Below, piece by piece: positions 21,461 to 41,663 of a stretch of 64,000 nt of DNA. The position numbers and the translations under genes are program-made. This DNA comes from Chrysemys picta bellii. Taxonomy: Eukaryota. The first letter of the stretch is position 1. Each line of letters opens with the position of its first letter. The notes under the pieces are model-generated. The model was not told where the DNA came from and searched no databases. It saw only the letters and a program-made list of their open reading frames with translations. Location of the stretch: positions 29,574,001-29,638,000 of the forward strand of contig NC_088797.1 of the NCBI RefSeq assembly GCF_011386835.1, written 5' to 3'.

Positions 21461-22595
21461 GCCTGCCTTCCTTGCTGTCAGGGTCTCTCTCTGATCCCCA
21501 GTCCACCACCTGTGTCCAGCTCTCCCAGAAAAGCCCCTCTGGAGAGAAGTCTCAGGAGATCCTGCCTTTTGGGGGATCCCTCTCTGATTGGCTGTCCTCC
21601 CCAATGCTCCGCCTCCTGGGGAGGAGCAGCCAATCAGAGCTTGTGTAGGAGACAGGCAGGGCTCTTCTCTCACCCACCTTCTTCTAGTAGCAGGACAGAG
21701 TTTTGGGGTAAGGGAGAGGAGAGTAGGAAGAGCCCAGCAGGGCACCTCCAGTCTGCCCCCTCCCTTCCCTGCAATACCAGGCCTTGGGGCAACAGCCGGA
21801 GAGCAGAGTCTAGAGCGGCTGTGGGTGGGGGAGGTGTCATTTTGTACACTTCTCTAGGGCACACCCATGTTCCCTTACATGTGCTCTGGCTGGCTGGGAG
21901 AGGCCACAGGGCTCCAGGCCCCGGAGGCTAATTATAGACCCGGCCAGACATAAATATTAACACTGCTGGGTCAGTGAGAAGGCTCCTGCCAGGCTGTGCA
22001 TTGGAACCATCCACACATACTTTCTGCTGTGTACCACTTTGCTCCCCTCAATCCCCTAAGTATGCCCCCTCCCCCTGATCCCACCGCTAACACCAATACC
22101 CTGTCCCCCACCACGCTATAATGTTCCTGCCCAGCCTTGGGATGTCCCGGCTCCCCACAGCTCTGATTTGCTGATGGCTGCTCTGGGGTCCCCTCCTCCC
22201 ACAGATTGGGTTGGCTGTGGGGCTTTGGGTTCCAGAAGATCTGGGAGGTGGGTGGGTGTCTATTCATAGCCAGGGAGAGGCTATAATTAGCCTGGACTTG
22301 ACCAGAGCTCCTGCCTCAGGAGAGGAGTTGATAGACTCCCTTAGCCTCTGTTGGATAGTGCCCCTGAATCCAGACCCATAGTCCCCTGCCCTCCCAGCCC
22401 TGGGCTCCCTTCCCCCCCCCCTGCACTGCCAGCTGATGCCCCCCTCATTCCAGACCTGTGGTCCCCCTGCCATCCCAGTCATTGAGGCCTAGTCTGGCAA
22501 TGCCTGTTTGGCTGGATTATAATGGGGACTCAATGCTGAGTCCCTCCAACTTGTGACGTGCCCTCACTTTGAACCCAGCTATGAAACCTCCAAAG

Positions 22596-22827
22596 CAGGG
22601 GTCCCCAATGCGGTGCCCGCGGGCGCCATGGCATCTAAATGCGCCCGCATACTGGCCGGTGGACGAGCATCCGCTGAAATGCTGCCAAATTTCGGTGGCA
22701 TTTCGGCAGCGACGCCTCTGGATGACGCCGCTTGTCGGTGGCATTTCGGCGGATGCTCGTCCGTCGCCACGGTTCTCCGTGGCTCATCATCTGGCGGGAG
22801 CCAGACGAAAAAGGTTGGGGACCACTG
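22596..22827. mobile_element. hAT (Charlie-like) MITE, 232 bp
   Basis: TIRs CAGGGGTCCCCAA / TTGGGGACCACTG. TSD CTCCAAAG / CTCCAAGG (7 of 8). Confidence 0.88.
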
Positions 22828-23388
22828 CTCCAAGGGATCCAGAACTCCAAGGATCTCTGCCATTGGGGTGTGGGGGGAGGCCCAGTGGGAAGGGCAAGAT
22901 ACAATGTATGGGGAGGGGCTGCCATTCAGGGTTGGTCCCCACTCCTCCTTCATCACTCTCCAAATGGGGCTAGATGGACTTCAAGTGGGGACAGGAATGG
23001 GGGTAGTCTGGATGCTCTGAGCCAAAGTGTCCCCACCAAACTCTTTGGCTTTGAATCCACTGGGCGTTGGGAGACTGGGGACGGCGGGGGAAGCCTCAGT
23101 TTTCAGGGAGGGGGATCCATGTTCCATATGTTTTCAGGGCACTGTTGGGTGCGCTCAGCCCCATGGCAGCTGCAGGGACAGGATCCCTGTCCCCAAGGCC
23201 CAAGGGGACTTGCCTTCATTCTCAGCAGTACAGAGGCAATGACACATAGTGGGGATACCAGGCCATTGGTCAGATCCAATTGAGAGGGGTCTCTGATTAC
23301 CTGTCTGGGGGTTGTTGGTCCAGTCTGAGGGGCACTGGCAGGACTGTGGGCGGGTGACACTAACCCCTGCCTTACCCCTGGCAGGACC

Positions 23389-30522
<7,134 letters not shown>

Positions 30523-32095
30523 TGCCCCAGCCTGGGTAAGACAGGGCCAGTTTGTGGGGGTGGGGATGAGTGGGGGGGTCCCTGATTAGCGATGGGGGGC
30601 TCCCTAAATGGGAGAGCCCCATTATCTCTGCTCCCTGCCCCTTCAGACCCTCCCAGACCAAGAAAGATTTCACCCAGCTCTGGGGCATGTCCGCTCTGAG
30701 AAGCCAGGAGAACAATCCCCAGCTGGAAACCCTAAGAGTCAGGGAGCCCTGTCGGGCAAGTTTCTCCCAGAGAGAGTCTTGAGGGGGCTAGATCCTGGTC
30801 TCTCTGTCCCGCAGACAAAGGCCAATCAAAGCCAATGCCAGACACTCAGCCTGGAACTGAGGGGTGGGTGTTTATCAGGGAGAGGGGATTTGCTGTGGGA
30901 ACAACTTACCTGGGCGGGGGGAGACCGGGGAGAAACTCTACTGCTCAGGGGCTTCCAATGCAGCCGGGCTGTATCCCTCAAGCTTGAGCACCAGACATGG
31001 GCTGCGTGCTGGGTTTGCTGTGGGGACATGCTCCAGCACATGGGAAAGGAGCTGAGCTGAGAGCCATTTGCCCCAGGGTCCTGGCCTGTACCAGCTGCTC
31101 TGGGAAGTGTACAACTGGGCAGGGGGGCAGATTGTCTCACCCAGCTGTGTTGTGGGCTGAGATCAGAATGTCCTGTCTGGCTGTAAAAGCAAGGAATCCC
31201 AGAGCAGGTGGAGCCATCCTGGGCAGACCATGGAACAGGGGGGAGGAGGGGTGTGTGTGTGTAACACACCTGCCTCCTCCTCTCCCTAGGGGCTGAAGCA
31301 GCAAAAAGCAGGATCCCAGCCCCACTGTTGCTGTTTTCTGCCCCTGCAGGTTGGCACTGGTCCCAAGGGGACAGTGCAGCTGGACCCAGCTTCGGCTCGC
31401 CGGCTCTGGAGAGACATCAGTGGGGTACGGGACCCCAGCTGCCACACTGGAAACTGACATGCAGCTGGGCCCAAATCTCCCATCCCTCGAGCCTGCCCCC
31501 GGGCTCTGCCCCTCCCTGGCTGGAGGCCCCCGAGCTGGGCTCCTGCTCAGACCGGAGGTGGGATTTTGGCCGACTGTTCCACTTTTTGGTTTGAAAAAAG
31601 GAAAATTTCAGTAAAAGCACCAAGACCAAACCCAGAGTAAGGCAAAGCAGGTTGAGTTGGGGGTTCTGGTTCTGCCACCAGCACCAGAGCCGATTGGGGA
31701 AGGTGGGGGCGGGTCTGGGCCCGGGCAGCACTAGGCACAATTGTGTGAGTGTGAAAAAATAATTGGCCATGTGAAGAACAGGCAGCTGTGCTTGAACATT
31801 GGCCAGAAGCCCTTCAATAGGGGGAACTATCCCCTCCCAGGGTGGAGCGAGGGAGGGGGGCATATGCTTAGTAGGGGGCACGCTCCCTCCGCAGCCAGGA
31901 CCAGAAGCTCAGCTCTGGGACAAGATAAAACTGAGTTGGGTGTCCATTCCTGCCCATTAGCTCCCCTTCCCATGCGATGGGGGGTGAATCCTGGCATCTG
32001 AGGCCCCTCACAGTGGGATCCCCCCACATGGCCCTGACTCTCCCCCCACCCCCAGGGCGAAGGAAAATCCCAGTAGGAACAAAGGAGCCATCAAA

Positions 32096-32101
32096 TTTAT
32101 T
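32096..32101 (-). terminator. Probable MUS81 polyadenylation signal
   Basis: TTTATT on +, about 290 nt past the MUS81 stop. Confidence 0.65.
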
Positions 32102-32386
32102 GGAACAAGGAAAATACAAAGATTCATTAAAACAAAGCCTGGGGCCGAAAGCCCCCGACAGTCCTTACACACACACACCCAGAAGCCTCTCTCCCCATAG
32201 GGCCACCATGCCCCCTGGGCGTACACCCCACAGAGGCAGAGTCCCCACCCGACCGCTCTGCCCCTGGAGACGGGTGCTGGCTCCCCCTGTCGAAGGGCTA
32301 CGGTGCCCCTGCAGTCCCCAGCTGGGGCACTAGGCCCAGTGTGAAGCCTGGGGTCCCTGGCAGCAGGACAGATGAGATCCCCCTGC

Positions 32387-35300
32387 TCAGGAGAGGGGGC
32401 CAGGGCTGCAGTACAGCTGGGAGAGCGTCCTGCTCAGGGCAGGGCCCAGGTTCCTGGGGGAGGAAGCACAATGGGGAAGGGGGTGTTAGGGCCAGGGGAG
32501 GGGCACAGCAGGAGGCCCCAGCTTCTGACCATCAGCCACAAACTGAGGCACAGAGACCCCAGGAGTCCTGGCTCCCTGCCCACCTCTAGACCCCAGGGAC
32601 TAAAATAGCCCCAAAGCCTGGAAATAATTCAAAAATCCTAAAGAAGCTTTTGAAGCCCGAGGGAGATTTTACAGATCCCTGGAGTGAATGAATCGGCTGG
32701 CCTGAGGGGCACCGGCAGAGCTGTGGTAAGGGGGAGCCCAGTACCAGGCTAGCAGGGGGGCGTGGGTCAGGCCTGAGGGGCCGCACGATGCTCACTCTCA
32801 CCTCTGCAGTTTGCCACACTTGACGGTGCTCAGCAGCTTGTCCCGGCTCTCAGGGTCTGGGCAGGCGGAGTAGGCGGCCAGCAGGCTGATGGGGTGGAGA
32901 CAGACAGTGAGTGGGGGCAGGGACTCAGGGGCTCCCAACCCCCAAGCTTTGTAGAGTAGAGGAAAGTGAGGCATGGAACAAGACAGGCATTCAGTCAATA
33001 GGAAAGGAACCCAGGAGTCCTGGCTCCCAGCCCTTCCACTGCTCTCCTACCAAACCCCACTCAGAGCTGGGGCCAGAACCCAGGCAGGTGGGGCCTGTAC
33101 CTGGCCGGTGTGCTGTATCTCTCCAAAATGGCGGCTGCTTTCTCCCCACTCACTCCACTGATCTGCATGAGCTGCCGAGCGAACACCTCGCGCACAGTCT
33201 GGGCCTAGGGAGGCAGAGAGAAATGGGGGCCAGGGTCAGAGCCGGGGGAGCTGCCAAGGTGTACTCCAGTAATCCAGCCCTAGGGTAGAATCCTGGGAAG
33301 GGACAGAGCCATCCCAGCTCCTGGAGCCAGACAGTCCCCTGCCCCGGATCACAGCCAGTGTCCCATTCCCTGTCCCGGGGCTGGAAATAGGGTCATGGCC
33401 ACTCTGCCCAGTCTCACCTTGTTCTTGACAGCTCCCTCATTGAACTCCTGGAAGGTCATTAGGGTGCAGGAGTCGCTGTTGGGCTGCAGGGGGCAGCGGC
33501 CCTGAGCCTCTTCTTTGGTGCAGCTCACCAGGGTCTTGTTCTGGGGAGAAAAAGGAAAGGGGCACCTCATAAATCCAACCAACATCCCTGCTGGCGCCCC
33601 TCAATCCTGACCCACAACCCCCTGCTAACCCAGCTCTGGGCTCCCGGCTCCCCAACCCCGAGCTCTGCCACCGCCCCTCAGTCCTGACCCACAGCCCCCT
33701 GCTAACCAAGCCCTGAGCTCCCTCTCCCTCCAGCTCTGCCAGCGCCCCTCATTCCCGACCCACAGCCCCCTGCTAACCCAGCTCTGGGCTCCCTCTCCCT
33801 CCAGCTCTGCCAGCGCCCCTCATTCCCGACCCAAAGCCCCCTGCTAACCCAGCTCTGGGCTCCCTCTCCCTCCAGCTCTGCCAGCGCCCCTCATTCCCGA
33901 CCCACAGCCCCCTGCTAACCCAGCTCTGGGCTCCCTCTCCCTCCAGCTCTGCCAGCGCCCCTCATTCCCGACCCACAGCCCCTTGTTAACCCAGCTCTGG
34001 GCTCCCGGCTCCCCATCCCCCAGCTCTGCCACCGCCCCTAAGTCCCGACCCACAGCCCCTGCTAACCCAGCTCTGGGCTCCCCCTCCCTCCAGCTCCGCC
34101 GACGTCCCTCAATCCCAGCCCTGGGCTTAGCTCCCCCCCACAAGCTCTGCTGCCACCCCTCACTCCTGACCCACAGCCCCCTGCTCACCCCATACAGGCT
34201 GTTCAGATGACGTGTCATGATGGTCAGATACGCAGCCGATTCCCGCAGGTCACGGGTGCGTTTGACGAAGAAGCCATCCACTACCTGGGTGTGGGGGAAG
34301 AGAGCATTAGGGAGTGGGGGGCATGGAGAGCCTAGAGCGGGCCTGGGAGGGCGGGGGAGACAGGGCACCTGAGTTCACAGCCTCCTTGAGGTTCGGAAAT
34401 TTTCTGGCCTTAAACCTGTGCCATTGGGAGGGGGAGCGGACACAGAAGGGCCCCTGCATCCAAGTGCTGGGTTGGGGAGTCCATAGCTGGATGCTGGTGG
34501 TTGCCTGATGCCAGGTGCTCTGTGGGAGGCTCAGGAGCTGTACTTGTATGTGGGGGGAGTGCCCTGCTGGGGGGCTGCTGTACCAGGGGGCTGGGCAGGG
34601 GTTCCCATACCTGAGTGCTGGTGGCTGCCTGCTGCAGGGTGCTCTCGGGCAGGCTCAGGTGCTGGGTCAATCCTGATTCCTCCAGCAGGTAGATGGGGTG
34701 GCACAGCCCACAGCGATGCAGACGGAACTGGGGGGTGGAGTGGGGGGTTAGCGTGGGAGGGAGGCCCACCCTGGTTCCCACCCCATGACTCCATCCAGAC
34801 AGCCCCCAGATCCCCTCCTCGATCCCCCAGACACCCCACTCCCCCCGCACCTTCTGCTCATGGAAGCGCCCATCGATGATGCTCCCACACAGGTCAGCCA
34901 TTCGCTTCCGCTCCACCACGTAGTCCAGGGCCAGCTCCCGTGCTGGGGGCAGGTGCAGCTGCCCTGAGGCAAGATGGGGCTTAGGAAGAGAACAGAACCC
35001 CCGCCCCCCCACCATCCATGCATGGCCAGAATGAGGCAATCTTGATGCCGTGAGGCTCAGCCCTGCCCGTGGCATAGTTCCCCCCCACACACACACACAC
35101 TTGGAGTGGCAGCCAGGGACACCCCCCCCAGTACTCCTACCCTGGGGCCAGGGTGTATCTGCATGCACGGGGCTAGGGTAGTGCCCCACTGAGATGTGTG
35201 AGGCGGAGCCACCCTTCAGAGCCATGGGCTCAGGCAGCGCCAGTCACATTCGAGGAGCCCTCCCTCCCTCCCCGCTAGCCTGGGGGCTCCTACCTGGGCG

Positions 35301-38300
35301 GGGGTGGACCCTCTCACGGGCGACCCACACGAAGTCCCCCACATGCAGCTTGCGAATGTCGAAGGGCACGGCGTTCCGGCGCAGCTCGGCCAGCAGATCC
35401 TGCTTCCGGGCTGCTGGGCCACTGCGGGGAGAGATGGGGTGGGACTGGGGCCTGCTCAGGAGCCCTTGCGATGCCAGCCAACCCTCCAGGACACCCTGAG
35501 TGACCTCCCCACCTCAGCCCCCAGAGCCCAACCTGCCTGGGACCCCCCCACAATAAACCTCCCTGCTTGGGATGCCGCATAACCCTCTCCCCCAACCCCC
35601 CCGGCCAGAAGCTCAGGCCCCCCCAACGCACCCCATGGTCTCGATAAAATCCACACACAGGATGATGTCAAACTGGCCAGGTCTCAGCACAAATTCAGGG
35701 TCAGGGGGCCTCTGCCCTCCAGAGCCACCCGCTGCCGCCTCCTGGGGTCCCAGGGTGCCGTCGAGCCTGCAGCAAAGTGGGGCAGACAGCACAGTGAGAA
35801 CACAGCCATGGAGAGGGGCCAGGAAAGGTGGGGAAGTCCTGACCCAGCCACCCCCCACCCCCACCCCGAGCACTGGACTTGGGAAAGCTGGGAGCTTCTG
35901 CCACAGCGGTCAGCAAAGAAAGGGTTAACACTGCCTTTGGCTGGGTCTAGAGACACCACAATGAATGTCCCCACTCTCCCCCCCCCCCCCCCGCAGTCCT
36001 GACTCCCACCACCCCTGCTCCAACGTGCTAGACCCCACTCCCCCGCAGTGCTGCAGAACTCAGGGGTCCCAGCTCCCAGCCCCGCCCCCCGGCTCTCACA
36101 GGCTGTCAGCAGCTGGCACTCACAACTGGGGCTCCGGGCGCAGTTTCTCCTCCCCAGCAGAATGCGTGGGCTCTGTGCCCTGGGGTGTCTTGGATTCTGG
36201 GGCTTGACCCTCTGAAATCAGGGCCTGCTCTGCAGCCACAAGCCTCTGGGCTAGCGCCAGCCCCTGCGGTGTCAGAGAGTACCTGCGGGGAGCAAAGGGC
36301 ATCGGTACCCACTGAGTCCCCTCTGCTGTCCCTGCAGCCTGGCACCTCCCGAGTCTCCTGCCCCTCTCCCCTAGCAAACCTCCAGGCAACACAACATCCC
36401 CTACTGAGCCCCCCCACCCCACCTGCCCCGCCCCTATTGAGCATCTGTGAGGATCTGGGGAAGGTGTGGGTACAATCTAAGCACTCTGAGTGGGGGCAGG
36501 AACTGGCTGCCTGGCTCCTTACCACGTGGGACGCTCCCTTTGAGGTGCAGCCTTTCACCTGCACAATGCCCTGTTCGCCCCCACAGTGGGCGGAGAGTCC
36601 GAAGGCCGGGGGCAAAGGGGTAATACAGAGCGACGGTGACGAGAGGTGCTCGGCCACAGCAATCGACTCACCCTAGACAACAGACTGGCCCCCCCAGGAG
36701 AGCTGGGTAGCGGGGGGAGGAGGCCTGGGCAGCGAGGTCGAGGGGCTGGGCTCACCTGGTGTGGCTGAGAGGGAGTCACCTGTCAGAGGAGGCTGCACGG
36801 TTATAAAGGGGAGGAGCTGAGCTCTTGGGAGGTTTGGGCCATTTTCAGCAGCTCAAGCCAAGGGAGAAGCCTTGAGGCAGGGGCCCTGCCTAAGCCCAGC
36901 TGAGTGGAGGCCTCCCCAGGGAAGGGGAGCTAGCGGCAGGCGCTGCAGGCAGGAGGTCGGGTCTGCAGGATCTGAGCTCTCTGCTCTGTGTGATGAGGTA
37001 CAAGAGCAGCAGGTGAGTCTTGGGGCGGGGTCCGGGTGAGAGATCTGCTTCACAGCTGCCACGGGGCTCCTGCGAGAGTTGAGCTGGACCCGAAAAGCTC
37101 ACACCTCAAGACGGGGGCTGTCTGAATGATCAGCGCTGCACCCAGGATCTAGGCTCACAGGAGCTGTACCCTTAGTGTGACAAGGGATCAAAACAGGAGC
37201 AGGGCCTGGACTCAGGCTCTGGGAGGCTTAAACACCCAGGGACCCAGAGGCTGGATTCCCCTCCCTGCAGGCTGGTGGGCGGTGAGTGTGTGCCCAGTAA
37301 CATGGACTAGGGGACCAGGTTATGGCACTCATCCCAGTGCAGAATAAGCTGCAAGCTTGGTGGGGAGGCTGTGATGTTCCAAGCAGGTATCCTCCAGCAG
37401 ACTGGGGTGCACCAGCCTACCTGTCCACCAGATGGAGATGGGGGCCAACCCTCCCACTAGATGCTCTCCTTTCAGTCAAGGGGAAAATGCCCATGACCTG
37501 GAAAAGAAAATATCTGACATGCTGGCCCTGGGGGGATTCAGCTGCCCAACAGTGCCTGGGCCACAGCTGTGGTGCTAGCATCTAAGCAGCAGGGGGCGAT
37601 GGTCTCTCTGTGGATTAGGGAAAGTGTCGTGCAATCACAGTGTCTGATGCTTAGCCCATGCCTTCAATGGAAGAGATTCTAGACAAGTGGGGATGCATGT
37701 TACCTCAGCAGCATGGAGCTCACCAAGGGCGACTGGCCTCAATGGGGCTCTAGGATTTCCTGGTTTTACCCTCTGGCCTAAAGGGGCACCTACCGCCTTT
37801 CAGCATCTGGTAGCTCAGTTACTGAAGGGAATGGAGGACTTGGCCTAGGCATATGTTGATGATATTTGTAGCCACATGTAGCCTAGGTTAGGGGGGTACC
37901 TGACCCCCTTAAAGTGTAGAGTGGGGATGGCTGAGGTGGCTTATCTGGACACAAGGTGGGGAGCAGCTGCAGAAGGCCAGACTCTGCAAAGGTGGAGGCT
38001 GTTAAGGATTGGCCTGCTCCCAAAAACCAAGAAACAGGCCTACTCCTTCACTGGGATGGCAGGGTATTACTGGAGATGTGTATCCCAATTAGCTCCCGAG
38101 CTGCTCCCAGCACTGAGCTGTATCGAAGGGCAAGCCAGCCAAAGCACTCTGGATGGCCCAGCGTCAAAGGGCGTTCTGGGCCCTGAAAGAAACTCCCCAG
38201 CCAGAACAAAGGAACAAGCTGTCAAGGGGCTGGTTTGAAGGTTGCTGCTGTGAACAGACAGGCTGCCCATAGAACAGAGTGAAGATGGAATGCAGAGAAC

Positions 38301-41119
38301 CAGGGTGTGGCAAAGCCGCTGCTGCTACCAACATGGACTCTATCTAAGTGCGGCTTTCCCAGGCCAGCCTGAGGACCCCGTGACACTGGATCCCTGGTGA
38401 CTAATCAATGCTCCTTCGGCCTAGCCGGGCTACCCGGCCTCACCGCAGATCCTGGCGTCGCTCTCTTGGAAGGAAAAGTTGCTGCAGGAGTTTTGATCTT
38501 TGCAGCAAGCCCAGCAGAGACCCACAGTAAGTCACTAAGGCTGCCCAGCAGCCCTTGGGGAAGGTGTGGGGCTGTGGGAGCTGGGGTTACTACCAGGAGA
38601 CTGTGTAAAGGCCGGGGCATATTCACAATAACTCCCAACAGCATACTACTCCCTGCTGAGCCCTCCCATTCCTTGCAACATGACACCCGCTCCGAAGCCC
38701 AGCACCCCCTCATACCACGATGCCCCAGTGAGCCCTGAATCACATCCCCTGCAGCACAGCACCCCCTACCTGGCCGGGACATTGGTTTTCAGCACCAGCT
38801 CTTTGCGGATCAAGGTGCCCACTGATGCCCAAGCCGTGTACCTATTTCCAGGGTCACCCTGCAAGACACAGATACCCCATGTGACTCTGCTGGGTGGGAC
38901 CTGCCTGAGCACCAGCAGAGCTTCGAGCAAGGGAGGAGGGCAAGGCTGGGGGAAGCAGAGGGGGTAGGGAAACTTGACGGGGGGGGGGGGGCGAGGTGAT
39001 GGGCTCAGATCCCTGCGTCAGTAGTGATGGCTCCTTAAGCCATCTCCAGAACCCATCAACTCCAGAACCTCATGATGAGTGTTTGATGGTGCCCGGACTG
39101 AAGGGGGCTGGCAGGCCAGGGGATTCTCCGAGACAGCTCTCACTCACCAGGGTGAAGGATTTGTCACACAGCGGCTGAGCCGCCCGCTGCAGCTCAGACT
39201 TCGTCAGGAACCCCCGGCTGTGTGGGCTCTGTAAGGGGGAGCAGGAGGAGTCAGCACTGGGGACAGAACATAGGAGGCCAGGCTCCAAACACCACTTGCA
39301 GAGCAAAGAATAGAATCCAGGAGTCCTGGCTCCCAGCCAACTGTTCTAACCATTAGACACCACTCCCCTCCCAGAGCTGGGCATGGAACCCAGGATTCCA
39401 GGCTTACCGTGCTGTCCTTATAGAGGGCTAGCAGCACAGCGTAGCCCCCGGAGCGTGAGGCTGGGATGTACCCCCGGGGGGGGACGGGGCTTCCTCTGGA
39501 AAGAGAAGTGACAATCAGCGGATTCCCCCAGCTCTGATCCCCTCGCTGCCTCTGACGTTCCCCCCAAGTCCCAACCTGTCCCTGCAACCCAGTGTCTTTC
39601 ACATAAACCCACTCCACCCCAGAGGGGCAATGAGGCACAGAGAGGCAAAGGGACTTACCTAGCGTGTTAGAGAGTCAGAGATAGAACCCAGGAGTCCTGA
39701 CTCCACAAACCCCCTTCTCTAACCACTAGACCCCATTCTCTTCCCAGAGCCAGGGAATAGAACCCAGGAGTCCTGGCTTCCAGCCCTTCTGCCAGAGGCC
39801 GTGCTCTCACCGTGGGGCGAGGCTCCAGATCCCCAAGTAAGGTCTGTGAGGCAGAGGGGTTGTTGGGGGAGCGGTGCTCTGTGCTGGGGGGATCACTTTC
39901 CTGTCCCCCCATGGAGGGGCTGGCCCCTCCCTTGGCTTCAAGGGGGGCATCTGCACCTAGGATTCAAATAGAAATAAGATAGGAGCTCCCCCACCAGCCA
40001 GTTCCCCTGCACAATCTCCAATCCAGGCCCAGGGCCCCCTAGAGAGGACAGGCCCTGTCTCCCATTCCCTGCCTCCCTCAGCCAGCCTGACCCTCCAACT
40101 GGGACAGGGCCTGGGGGTACGGGGGGCTCCATACTGGGAGCAGCCTCTCACTTGCTAGACTCAAGGAGGGGCCTGATGGGAGGGAGGGGGAGACAATACC
40201 CTCCCACGCCCTAGGAGAGACCCTACTACAATAACAAAGCACTGCCATTTGATTTTAAATCTACCATAGTTGCTAAGGATCCCTAAACATAGTAGACCCA
40301 ACTACTCAGAAGGCCTGTGCACCCCAGTGCACTTATGCCCTTGTGTGGCTGCCAACCCCGCCACTTAGCCTCCTTCAGCCTTCTCCTCACACCATGCCAT
40401 CCTGGGGGACCCCTTCAGTCCTGACACCCCATCCCTGGTGCTCTCCACCTACCCTGCTCAGCACGGTGCCTCTCCAGCCGCTCGTCCAGCCTGTGGCAGA
40501 TCCAGTCCCCAAAATGCTGCAGAATCGCGGCCTCACGCCCGCTGCGCAGAGGCAGCGGGTACCTCCGAAGGGACCGTAGGGCCTGAGAGGGAGGAAACAC
40601 TGACACGGGGAGCCTCCAGCCAACCCCACCCCCTCCCAATGTGGTCCTAGCTACAGGAACCAGGACTCTGGGGCTCTATCAAAGCTCTAGCAGGGGAGTG
40701 GGGTGTAGTGGGTTAGATCAGGGGGCTGGGAACCAGGACTCCTGGGTTCTAGTCCCAGCTCGGGAGGGGAGCGCAGTGTAGTGGTCAGAGCAGGGAGGCT
40801 GGGAACCAGGACTCCTGGGTTCTAGTCCCAGCTCGGGAGCGGAGAGCAGTGTAGTGGTCAGAGCAGGGAGGCTGGGAACCAGGACTCCTGGGTTCTAGTG
40901 CCAGCTCGGGAGGGGAGCGCAGTGTAGTGGTCAGAGCAGGGGGCTGGGAACCAGGACTCCTGGGATCTTGGCGGGCGAGCTCACCCTCTGATACACGAAC
41001 TGGGTCTTCTTGCCCTTCTCAGCGGCCTCATCCCTCCACTCTGTCAGCCACTGCACGAAGAGGGGATTAGGGCAGGCGGGCACCGGCTTCTTCCGCCCCA
41101 GCCGCCGGGGGGCCGCCAT
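32387..41119 (-). CDS. MUS81: Crossover junction endonuclease MUS81, 16 coding exons, about 597 aa after correcting one extra base in exon 4
   Basis: Exons (minus) 41119-40985, 40582-40453, 39956-39811, 39495-39408, 39228-39148, 38858-38770, 36282-36124, 35766-35632, 35421-35294, 34963-34851, 34727-34611, 34284-34189, 33540-33418, 33204-33101, 32885-32802, 32453-32387. Motifs: [61 protein letters not shown]4 catalytic [22 protein letters not shown], and C-terminal Hh[20 protein letters not shown]. The total of 1795 nt is 3n+1. Confidence 0.95.
33585..34185 (-). repeat. Tandem minisatellite, 71-bp unit, about 8 copies, filling MUS81 intron 12
   Basis: CCTCTCCCTCCAGCTCTGCCAGCGCCCCTCATTCCCGACCCACAGCCCCCTGCTAACCCAGCTCTGGGCT at 33721, 33792 and 33863, among others. 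Confidence 0.95.
40655..40968 (+). repeat. Tandem minisatellite, about 73-bp unit, 4-5 copies, in MUS81 intron 1
   Basis: GGAACCAGGACTCCTGGGTTCTAGTCCCAGCTCGGGAG...CAGTGTAGTGGTCAGAGCAGGG recurs at about 40729, 40802, 40875 and 40946. Confidence 0.92.
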
Positions 41120-41429
41120 CTCCGCAGGTGCCACCTGCTGCAGCCGGGGCAGGCGCAGCGCCCCTGGGGCCAGACAGAGGAGACAATGGGACACGGGGCC
41201 TTTCCCCTCTAGGGGCGCTGGCTCCGATCCAGCCCCAGAGTGGGGATGCGGGGGCTGACCGGGGGTGTCTCTTCTGCTGTCCCCGGCTGGGGACACGGGG
41301 GGGTCCTGGCTCTGCCCCCTCCCCCCCGATCAGAGTCGCTCTTTAGCGGGAGGGGCCAGCCCCCCCCCAAAGGAGATGGGAGGGGTCCCCCTGGGTTCCC
41401 GCTAACCCTACAGCTGCACCATGGGGGAG

Positions 41430-41645
41430 ACCCCCACTCTCTGCCCCGCGGGGGGGGGCACCGCGACCCCTGCGCCGGAAGCGGTTCCACCCTTTTCCCG
41501 CCGGGCCCCAGCTTCAATTGCACCGCCCCTGGCTGCGGGGACGCCAGGGCTAGAGTGTCCCTGCGGGAGCTCCAGCCCCATCTGGCGGCTAGAGAAAGAC
41601 GAAAACTCAGCGATACCCAAGGTCTGCGGGTGCCTCTCGGAACAG
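41430..41645 (-). promoter_or_regulatory. Likely MUS81 promoter or non-coding first exon (small CpG cluster)
   Basis: CpG cluster with an ETS-like CCGGAAGC at about 41475 and an E2F consensus TTTCCCGC at 41494-41501. A minus-strand acceptor at 41164 implies an upstream non-coding exon. Confidence 0.5.
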
Positions 41646-41663
41646 AAAGAGACCGGGGGTGGG

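Noticed and set aside
19064-21931. Pro/Gly-rich ORFs of 270-334 aa around the EFEMP2 promoter
   Set aside because: They arise from G/C-rich low-complexity DNA and a CpG island, are open in several frames at once, and have no domain.
39072-39101. C/D box snoRNA-like TGATGA...CTGA
   Set aside because: The boxes are only about 30 nt apart, the sequence is antisense to the host intron, and there is no terminal stem.
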